A stretch of DNA of 28,718 bases from Oscillospiraceae bacterium (GTDB lineage: Bacteria > Bacillota > Clostridia > Oscillospirales > Oscillospiraceae). Under the pieces are notes generated by a model. It was given only the letters and a program-made list of their open reading frames with translations, searched no databases and was not told the DNA's origin. Position numbers and translations under genes: made by a program. Positions 1 to 6,466 of the stretch are shown here, in pieces. Location of the stretch: contig JAEFAK010000001.1 in the NCBI GenBank assembly GCA_016287555.1, positions 1-28,718 of the forward strand. The letters are read 5' to 3'. The stretch's first letter is position 1; each line of letters starts with the position of its first letter.

Positions 1-2039
1 GCGAGGGTGCGGTAGAGCATGGCGGCTATCTGGCCGCGGGTGCAGGGCTCCAGCGGGAGCAGCTCGCCCGCGTCGGTGCCCTGGACGATCTCGTTCATGA
101 CCATCCAGCAGAAGCTCTCATAGCTCCATTCGGGCACGTCGTCCTTGTCCGTGAAGTCGAGCTCGAAGGCCCACGCGCCCTCGAAGCCCTTGCCCTGCAG
201 CTTGAGCGTCCTGTAGAGGAAGGCGACGGTCATGGCGCGCTGGACCTTGAGCTCCGGCTCGAAGGTAGTCTCGGAGGTGCCGAGGGTCACTCCGTTCTCG
301 GCGGCCCAGAGGACGGCCTTGTAGTAATAGGCGTCGGGGTCTATGTCCGTGAAGGCGCATTCGGTCGTCGTCGGCTCGGGCTCGCCCAGCGTCCTCCAGA
401 GGAAGGTGACTGTCTGGGCGCGGTCGCATATGCCGTCGGGATCGAAGGTGGTGTCGCTCGTGCCGTTGGTGATGCCGTTGTCATAGAGATAGGCGACGGC
501 GTCATAGTAGTAATCGTCGGGATCGAGGTCCTCGAAGGGCAGGTCGCGGTAGAAGCGGAACTTGACCCAGACGTCGCTGGCCGGCATGACGAAGGTATAG
601 GTGCCGTCCTCGTTGTCGATGAACTCGACGGGCCTGCGGGCGTCGTCGGTGATCTCCAGCGGAGTGGCAAGGTAGCCCTCGTCGGGCTTGAGGGTTATCG
701 TGATCTCCGCGCCCTCGCCGGCGGCCTGCGCGCTCGCCCTGGCCTCGCCGTTCGTTATCTCCTTGGGCATGTTGATCCAGTAGCCGGGGACGAAGGGCGT
801 TGTGTCGGCGGAGATGACGACGTAGGTGGCGTTGGCAAAGTCAAATTCGGGCTCGCCTGTCGGCTGGGGAGCGGGAACGGCCGCGTCGGGATCGATGATG
901 CCCGGTCCGTAGACCTCGCCGCCCTTGGGAACGACGATCTCAAGCGGAGGCTCGATCACGATGCCGCGGCTCGACCAGAGGGCGTCGGTCTCGCCTTTGG
1001 CGGTCACGACGGTGTTCGCGCCGGAGATCTTGATCCCGGTCCCGTATTCGGGCTCAATTGCGCGAGGCTCGTCGTCGATGATCATCTCTCCCCTGCCGGT
1101 GCAGACGATGGCGCCGCTGCCCATTTCCCCATCGCTCCCGCCGGCGGTCGCGGTCACGACGGAATCAATGATGTCGATCGCGCCGCAGCCGTAGACTGCG
1201 ACGGCCATCGCGCCGCCCTTTGCGGTCGCGTTAAGCGAGCCGCCGAGCACGCCGACGTCGCCCTGGGCAAAGAGCGCGACGCTGGAGCCTTCGGGCAGGA
1301 ACGACTCTCCCATGCCGTCGAGATAGCCGGTCCCGTCGTACTCGACCTCGCCGGCCGTTAAGGTCACGGAAGCGCCGTCGATGATGAAATTGCCGTTGGC
1401 GACGACGGCGACGGCCATGGCGTCATTGTCGGGAATTTCGGCCTTGAGCGCGCCGGGCCCCTTGACAAAAACTGCGTCGGGCATATTGGCGATCGCCCGC
1501 GGCATGCCTAAGCTGCCCATGGCGACGATCGCGGGGCCTTTGCCGCCTGTCACGCTCAGGGTCGAGCCGGAGCGGAGGTCAAAAACAAGGCTCGCGGCCT
1601 CAATGCCGACGTCGCCGTATTCCGCGTCGGCCGAGACGCTGTTCGTCCCCTCGGAGACGATGGTCAGCGCGGCGGGGCGGGAGACGACGTCGTCGGAGCC
1701 GCGGAGAATGCCGGAGTAGTAGCCCTCGTAGTCGATGACGGGAGGAACGTAGTAACTGCGGGTCGCCTCTCCGGAACGGCGCACGTCGGGCATCGTGAAG
1801 CTTATGGTCGCGTTTTTGAGCAAGAGCGTGTTGTCGTCGGGGGTGTACTTGACCAGGCCGCCCGGTGCGCTGACGCCGGGGATGTCGGTCAGGTCGTCCT
1901 TGTTCTCGCTCGTTACCTCGACGCCGTTGATGTACAGGCCGTAATACTCCACGTCGTCTATCGTCGCGAAGGCGGCGACCGGCAGGAGCATCAGGCACAT
2001 CGCGAGGACGAGCAGCAGGCTCAGCAGTTTCTTCTTCAT
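1..2039 (-). CDS. Secreted S-layer homology (SLH) domain surface protein, partial (3' end runs off the window; at least 679 aa)
   Basis: Not in the ORF track; I translated it by hand. ATG at 2039 follows an AGAAAGGA RBS and the frame is open to position 3. Signal peptide MKKKLLSLLLVLAMCLMLLPVAAFA, then a Gly/Val/Thr-rich beta-type region, then a B-repeat-like module (ITLKPDEGY...DGTYTFVMPASDVWV), then three SLH repeats (PFEDLDPDDYYYDAVAYLYDNGITNGTSDTTFDPDGICDRAQ; AFTDIDPDAYYYKAVLWAAENGVTLGTSETTFEP; FTDKDDVPEWSYESFCWMVMNEIVQG...CTRGQIAAMLYR). Confidence 0.93.
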   Translation of the reverse strand, partial: MKKKLLSLLLVLAMCLMLLPVAAFATIDDVEYYGLYINGVEVTSENKDDLTDIPGVSAPGGLVKYTPDDNTLLLKNATISFTMPDVRRSGEATRSYYVPPVIDYEGYYSGILRGSDDVVSRPAALTIVSEGTNSVSADAEYGDVGIEAASLVFDLRSGSTLSVTGGKGPAIVAMGSLGMPRAIANMPDAVFVKGPGALKAEIPDNDAMAVAVVANGNFIIDGASVTLTAGEVEYDGTGYLDGMGESFLPEGSSVALFAQGDVGVLGGSLNATAKGGAMAVAVYGCGAIDIIDSVVTATAGGSDGEMGSGAIVCTGRGEMIIDDEPRAIEPEYGTGIKISGANTVVTAKGETDALWSSRGIVIEPPLEIVVPKGGEVYGPGIIDPDAAVPAPQPTGEPEFDFANATYVVISADTTPFVPGYWINMPKEITNGEARASAQAAGEGAEITITLKPDEGYLATPLEITDDARRPVEFIDNEDGTYTFVMPASDVWVKFRFYRDLPFEDLDPDDYYYDAVAYLYDNGITNGTSDTTFDPDGICDRAQTVTFLWRTLGEPEPTTTECAFTDIDPDAYYYKAVLWAAENGVTLGTSETTFEPELKVQRAMTVAFLYRTLKLQGKGFEGAWAFELDFTDKDDVPEWSYESFCWMVMNEIVQGTDAGELLPLEPCTRGQIAAMLYRTL

Positions 2040-2099
2040 TAAAGAACCATCCTTTCTGTATGATGACTATGTGTGCAGCATAGGTATGCTCGCTTGAAT

Positions 2100-2128
2100 A
2101 TTATACAGCCCTGCGGCGGATAATGCAA
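2100..2128 (-). promoter_or_regulatory. Sigma-A-type promoter for the SLH gene
   Basis: Minus strand reads TTGCAT-N17-TATAAT, about 60 nt upstream of the ATG. Confidence 0.75.
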
Positions 2129-2163
2129 CATAAAATCCGCGTTTACCGCCGCCCTGCGCAGTT

Positions 2164-2194
2164 AAAAAGCCCGCTCCTGACAAAGCGGGCTTTT
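2164..2194 (-). terminator. Intrinsic terminator downstream of the phosphatase gene (possibly bidirectional)
   Basis: AAAAGCCCGCT-N8-AGCGGGCTTTT perfect stem with A/T tracts on both sides, 5 nt beyond the stop at 2200. Confidence 0.85.
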
Positions 2195-2199
2195 CGCTT

Positions 2200-2988
2200 T
2201 TATTCCAGATACTTGTTGCGGAATTTTTCGATGTCCTCGTCGAGCAGGCCGAGGCCCTCGTGCAGGAAGATGTCGAAATTGCCGAACTTCTCGTCAATGG
2301 CCTCCCAGAAGGCGAGCAGGTAGGCGGGCTCGGTGCCGAACATGCGGCGCATGGCGTCGTTGTCGGCCGCGCCGCCGGCGCTCGCGGAGATGCGCTCGAC
2401 GATGGCGTTTATCTCGTCGGCTATGTATTCGGCCGTCTTGAGATAGTTGACCATGATCTCCTCGCGCGGCAGGCCGAGGATCTCCTCGACGATGGCGGCG
2501 GTCGTGCCGGCGCGGTCCTTGCCGGCGGTGCAGTGCCAGAGGACGCCCTTCTCGTGCGGCTCGAGCATGACGCGGACGGCGCGCGCGTAGTGCGTCAGGC
2601 CGAAGTCGCTGCGGACGAACTTGCGGTAGGTGTCGGCCATGCGGGCGACGGCGGCCTCCGGGTCGTTGCGGAGATTGGCGAAGGGCGAGGGCGCCTCGGA
2701 CTTCTTGTCGCGGGTGACGCCGGCGCCTATGCCCTCGAGGATGGGGCTGAAGACGTTCTTCGCGCCGGGGATGTCGGCGTCGGGGCGCTCGACGCGCTCG
2801 TTTTCGGTGCGCAGGTCGATGACGGCGTCGACCATGGTCGCGAGCTTGGCTATGTCGGCGGGGCTCGCGTCGGCGAGCGCGCCGGAGCGGAAGAGCTTTC
2901 CGGAGACGATGGTGCGGCCGTCCCTGACCTTCTGGCCGCCGAGATCGCGCGTATTGCGCAGCTTTTCGAATTCGATCCTACGGTCCAT
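2200..2988 (-). CDS. Protein-tyrosine/lipid phosphatase (Y_phosphatase3 / MptpB-like family)
   Basis: 262 aa. N-terminal NTRDLGG and LFRSG motifs, VIDLRT motif, catalytic P-loop HCTAGKDRAG. Confidence 0.92.
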   Translation of the reverse strand: MDRRIEFEKLRNTRDLGGQKVRDGRTIVSGKLFRSGALADASPADIAKLATMVDAVIDLRTENERVERPDADIPGAKNVFSPILEGIGAGVTRDKKSEAPSPFANLRNDPEAAVARMADTYRKFVRSDFGLTHYARAVRVMLEPHEKGVLWHCTAGKDRAGTTAAIVEEILGLPREEIMVNYLKTAEYIADEINAIVERISASAGGAADNDAMRRMFGTEPAYLLAFWEAIDEKFGNFDIFLHEGLGLLDEDIEKFRNKYLE

Positions 2989-3015
2989 AAAATACCCCTT
3001 TATAATGAATTTTTA

Positions 3016-3507
3016 TTACTTGTCTTTTTTCTTTTCCGCCCGCAGGTCGAGCAGGATGAGCAGGAGGCAGCCGAGCCGCACGATAAAGCCTATGATAGCG
3101 GCGGGCCAGCCGGCGGCGATATTGAAATGCGCCGGGACGAGCCTCAATACGAGGTCCGCGGCGACGAGCGCCGCGAAGACGACGCGCACCTCGCGCGGAT
3201 GCTTCCCGCGCAGCAGACGGCGCGATACGACGCCGAACGCGAGCGCCAGCGCGAGCATCACGAAGTCGAAGACTATCTCGCTGGAGGTCAGGCGGTAGAG
3301 CCAGCTCAGGAAAAGGAGCTCCGCGCGCGGCAGGGACGCCGCTCCGACGTCGCAAAGGAAGGGCAGCACGCCGCCCCGCATGATGACGGAGGGATAGCCC
3401 GAGACGATGAAGATGTAGACGGCCGGCAGCAGCGCCGTCAGCGTCAGAATGCGGGAATAGAGACCCGCGCCCGTCATGCGGGCCCTCTCGTCGAAGCCGA
3501 ATCTCAT
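3016..3507 (-). CDS. Hypothetical integral membrane protein (about 4 TM segments)
   Basis: 163 aa with several hydrophobic segments and a Lys-rich C-terminus. Its start overlaps the upstream stop by 4 nt (ATGA), with a GGGAGG RBS. Confidence 0.75.
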   Translation of the reverse strand: MRFGFDERARMTGAGLYSRILTLTALLPAVYIFIVSGYPSVIMRGGVLPFLCDVGAASLPRAELLFLSWLYRLTSSEIVFDFVMLALALAFGVVSRRLLRGKHPREVRVVFAALVAADLVLRLVPAHFNIAAGWPAAIIGFIVRLGCLLLILLDLRAEKKKDK

Positions 3508-4136
3508 CCCGCGGCCTCCCCGAGCGTTCGGTCAAGGTAGCGCGACTCGAAATCGCAGGTCAGAGCATCCCCGTCGCGCAGGCGGAAGAGGACCTCCCCC
3601 GTCTCCGGATCGAGCCAGACGACGGTCGCCGCGTCGGACTCCGGGCGGATGCGCGAGCCCGCGGCGTAGAGCCTGCTCAGGGCGTTGGTCTTGGGGAAAT
3701 CCGAGGGAGACATGCATTCCGCGAGGCAGACGGGCTCGCCCGAGGCGCAGACTCCGCGCAGCGTCGCGTTTTTCATAAGCGTCGTCTTCTCGAAGGTGTT
3801 CAGGTCGACACAGACCACGCTGGGCACGGTCATCCCGAAGGGGGTCGAGCGCAGCTCGTTTATGATGAGCCTGTCGCCGAAGACGGCGGCGCCCCAGCCG
3901 TAGCCGTAGCGTCCGGCGAGCTTGAGCGTCCCGTTGACGGCGTCGCCGGTATACAGCCCGTCTTCAGCGAACGTCGAATAGCGGACGGAGAGCTCCGTCC
4001 CCTCTATGGGCTCGAAGACGTTGACGACGCTGCGGTCCGCCATGGTGACGAGGCGGATCGTAAAGAACATGCCTATCGCGGAGAAAATGAGCACGATGAG
4101 CACGAGCGCGTTGACGGAAAACTTGGAGTTATTCAA
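3504..4136 (-). CDS. Hypothetical membrane-anchored protein
   Basis: 210 aa, TTG start after GAGAGG. One N-terminal TM (ALVLIVLIFSAIGMFFTIRLV), then a beta-rich soluble domain with several Cys. Confidence 0.75.
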   Translation of the reverse strand: MNNSKFSVNALVLIVLIFSAIGMFFTIRLVTMADRSVVNVFEPIEGTELSVRYSTFAEDGLYTGDAVNGTLKLAGRYGYGWGAAVFGDRLIINELRSTPFGMTVPSVVCVDLNTFEKTTLMKNATLRGVCASGEPVCLAECMSPSDFPKTNALSRLYAAGSRIRPESDAATVVWLDPETGEVLFRLRDGDALTCDFESRYLDRTLGEAAG

Positions 4137-4265
4137 TGCGCGGGGCCTCTCTTTCGTGGTGATAGCGGGGGTAATAAGTTATTTTAACATATCCGCGCGG
4201 ATTTGGGAAGACAACGCGGCAAAGACTTCGCCTTCGAAGGCTTGCTCCGCATCTGCGAGGTGCGC

Positions 4266-4334
4266 GCAGGGGAGGGGCTTGCCCCTCCCGTCGTCTCTGC
4301 GGCGGGTCTCGGGAGGGGCAAGCCCCTCCCCTAC
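4266..4334. repeat. REPIN-like doublet of GTAG-family REP palindromes
   Basis: AGGGGAGGGGCTTGCCCCTCCCG at 4268-4290 and its exact reverse complement at 4310-4332, about 19 nt apart. The tags are GCAG (4266) and GTAG (minus strand, 4334). Confidence 0.8.
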
Positions 4335-4453
4335 GTTTATTATTCTTGCCGGGGATCCTTCTCCGCAAAAACCTTTGCACTTTGCCGCAGACTGCGGCAA
4401 GAGAAGGGCGGCGCTCGTCGTGGATGCTGCCGCACCTCTCCTCCCCCGTCCTC

Positions 4454-4487
4454 TGTCATTGCGAGGAGCGAAGCGACGCGGCAATCC
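4454..4487. repeat. GTCATTGCGAG...GCAATC-type extragenic palindromic repeat unit
   Basis: TGTCATTGCGAGGAGCGAAGCGACGCGGCAATCC contains TTGC...GCAA arms around an inner CG-rich hairpin. I recognise it as a widespread bacterial intergenic repeat type; other copies cannot be confirmed within this window. Confidence 0.6.
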
Positions 4488-4505
4488 TTACCTGCGAGGA
4501 GAAGA

Positions 4506-4550
4506 CCCCTCATCCGGCGCTGCGCGCCGCCTTCCTCCGGGGGGGAAGCC
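4506..4550. repeat. CCCCTCATCCG...CCTTC-type extragenic palindromic repeat unit
   Basis: CCCCTCATCCGGCGCTGCGCGCCGCCTTCCTCCGGGGGGGAAGCC has two adjacent hairpins (GGCGC-TGC-GCGCC and CTTCCTCC-G-GGGGGAAG-like), 14 nt beyond the SDR stop codon. Confidence 0.6.
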
Positions 4551-4564
4551 TTTGACGAGGTCGC

Positions 4565-5359
4565 TTATATCGAGAGGATGTATCCCCCGTCGATGACCTG
4601 GACTGTGCCCGTCATCTGCGCGGAAGCCGGCGAGGCGAGGTAGACCGCCAGCGCGCCGACCTCGATGGGCTCGCCGAAGCGGCCGAGCGGCATCTGGTTG
4701 TTGATGTAGGTGAACATATCCGCGGGGATGAACTTGGAGAGCTCCGTGTTGAAGAAGCCCGGGGCTATGGCGTTGACGCGGATGTCGTATTTGCCGAGCT
4801 CGACGGCCATGCAGTGGGTGAAGTGGGCGACGGCGGCCTTCGCGCAGGAGTAGGGCGACATGGCCTGCGTCTTGTTGACGATGAAGGCGGCGTTGGAGGC
4901 GATGTTGACGATGCAGCCGCCCTTTCCGGCGTCGCGCATGCGCTTGCCGAACTCGTACGTCATGTGGACGGTGCCGTTGAGGTCGGTGTTGACGACGTTG
5001 TACCAGTCGGTCAGCTCCTCGTCCATGTCCAGCAGCTCGCTGACGCAGGAGACGCCCGCGTTGTTGACGAGGATATCCGTATCGCCGAACTCGGCCGTGA
5101 CCTTCGCGGCGGCGGCGCGCACGCTCTTAAGGTCGGTCACGTCGCAGTCGAAGGCGGCGTAGCTGCCGCCGTACTGCCTGAGAGACTCTATGGCCTCGGC
5201 GGCCTTGGCCCTGTCGCGGCAGAGGATGGCGACGTTGGCGCCGCTCTCGGCCATGGCTGTCGCTATACCGAGGCCGAGGCCGCGGTTGCCGCCGGTGATG
5301 ACGGCGTTCTTGCCGTCGAGCCGGAAAGCGTCCTTCATGCTCCTGATGGGAGATATCAT
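4565..5359 (-). CDS. Short-chain dehydrogenase/reductase (SDR), gluconate 5-dehydrogenase / sugar-alcohol dehydrogenase-like
   Basis: 264 aa from the ATG at 5359 (RBS GAAAGGA). Motifs TGGNRGLG, LVNNAG, catalytic YSCAK, VNAIAPGFF, and C-terminal TGTVQVIDGG. Confidence 0.92.
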   Translation of the reverse strand: MISPIRSMKDAFRLDGKNAVITGGNRGLGLGIATAMAESGANVAILCRDRAKAAEAIESLRQYGGSYAAFDCDVTDLKSVRAAAAKVTAEFGDTDILVNNAGVSCVSELLDMDEELTDWYNVVNTDLNGTVHMTYEFGKRMRDAGKGGCIVNIASNAAFIVNKTQAMSPYSCAKAAVAHFTHCMAVELGKYDIRVNAIAPGFFNTELSKFIPADMFTYINNQMPLGRFGEPIEVGALAVYLASPASAQMTGTVQVIDGGYILSI

Positions 5360-5460
5360 GGTATCATCTTCCTTTCGGCAGTTATTGCCCGGTTTTTCTT
5401 TTATTTTACCATATCCCGCGCGAAAACGGGAGCTTTTTTTCGCCGCGCGGGGAAAACATC

Positions 5461-5489
5461 TTGCCCGCCGGAGCGCGAAAAGGTATAAT
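5461..5489 (+). promoter_or_regulatory. Sigma-A-type promoter for the MBL / Fe-ADH operon
   Basis: TTGCCC-N17-TATAAT, 54 nt upstream of the ATG at 5543 (RBS AAGGAGG). Confidence 0.7.
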
Positions 5490-5542
5490 ATAAGAAGAAA
5501 CTGAAATTTTGCCCGCCTCGCGCGGAGAATAAGGAGGAAAGC

Positions 5543-6430
5543 ATGCAGACCATCACCGTCCGGCACGGCGAGGGCAAGCTCGCCACCAAAATTTTCGTCT
5601 CCTCGGAGGACGCCTTCAACGTCACCTCCGTCATCGTCATGGGGCAGAAGGAATGCGTCCTCATCGACTGCCAGTGGACCCGCGCCAACGCGCACAGGGT
5701 CATAGCCGAGATCATCGAGACGGGCCTTGAGCTCAAGGCCATCTACGTCACCCACGCCCACCCCGACCATTACTGGGGCCTCGGCGAGATAGCCGAAGCC
5801 TTCCCCAACGCCAAGTGCCTCGCGCCCGCGCCCGTCGTCACGCTCTACGCCCACCAGTACCAGCCGAAGCTCGACGAATGGACCGAGATAATCGGCGAGC
5901 GCAACCTCTGCCGCAAGATGTGCGACCGCCTCGAGGCCATCGACAAGGACTATATCGAGCTCGAGGGCGAGCGGCTGGAGATAATTCGCTGCATGGGCGA
6001 CCTCATGTGGAACACGATCGTCTGGATCCCGTCCATCAAGACCGTCGTCTGCTCGGACGTGCTGTTTTCCGACGCGCAGCCCTTCACCTGCGAGGTCAAC
6101 GCCGAGCAGCGCAAGCTCTGGCTCAAGGACATCGACGGGATATACTCGCTAGGGCCCGAGGTCATCATCCCCGGCCACATGCGCGAGGGGACGCCGCTCG
6201 ACGCGAGCGGGCTGGAGTTCATCCGCGCCTACCTTCTCGCGACCGAGGAGGAGATCGCCAACACCAATACCGCCGCCGAGTTCTACTACAACATGGCCCG
6301 CCGCTTCCCGACGGCCTCGCTGATGCACCTTTCCAACGAGATGAACGCCGAGGTCTTCAAGGGCGGCCGCGTCTGGGCCTGGAACGAGGACCCCGATCCG
6401 CGCTGGATGATGTTCCGCACCTGGGACTGA
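5543..6430 (+). CDS. Metallo-beta-lactamase-fold metallo-hydrolase
   Basis: 295 aa. VLIDC, THAHPDHYWG (HxHxDH), a downstream SDV aspartate and the IIPGH motif. Confidence 0.9.
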   Translation: MQTITVRHGEGKLATKIFVSSEDAFNVTSVIVMGQKECVLIDCQWTRANAHRVIAEIIETGLELKAIYVTHAHPDHYWGLGEIAEAFPNAKCLAPAPVVTLYAHQYQPKLDEWTEIIGERNLCRKMCDRLEAIDKDYIELEGERLEIIRCMGDLMWNTIVWIPSIKTVVCSDVLFSDAQPFTCEVNAEQRKLWLKDIDGIYSLGPEVIIPGHMREGTPLDASGLEFIRAYLLATEEEIANTNTAAEFYYNMARRFPTASLMHLSNEMNAEVFKGGRVWAWNEDPDPRWMMFRTWD

Positions 6431-6466
6431 AAATAAGACACCATCAAAGAATGTGAGGTAATAAAA

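Noticed and set aside
2260-3540. 426-aa plus-strand ORF, and similar long antisense ORFs (6149-7714, 12567-13970, 14204-15415, 15334-16584, 21479-22594, 24151-25566, 25629-26807)
   Set aside because: Shadow frames opposite well-supported genes. High GC3 suppresses stops on the antisense strand; none has a recognisable motif or a convincing RBS.
4129-4643. Several small ORFs over the 4137-4564 intergenic region, and similar ones at 7633-8190 and 8785-9158
   Set aside because: They are translations of REP-like palindromes (for example GLAPP/GKPLP, GTVPCF/GTDPISL, SFFILH) and lack RBSs.
5360-5854. N-terminal extension of the SDR ORF to 5854 in the ORF track
   Set aside because: It overlaps the divergent promoter region and the MBL gene; the RBS and Rossmann motif support the ATG at 5359.
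5543-6430. MBL-fold protein as an antibiotic-resistance beta-lactamase
   Set aside because: No signal peptide, a long C-terminal extension, and an operon with an Fe-ADH point to a cytoplasmic metabolic hydrolase; the fold alone does not imply resistance.
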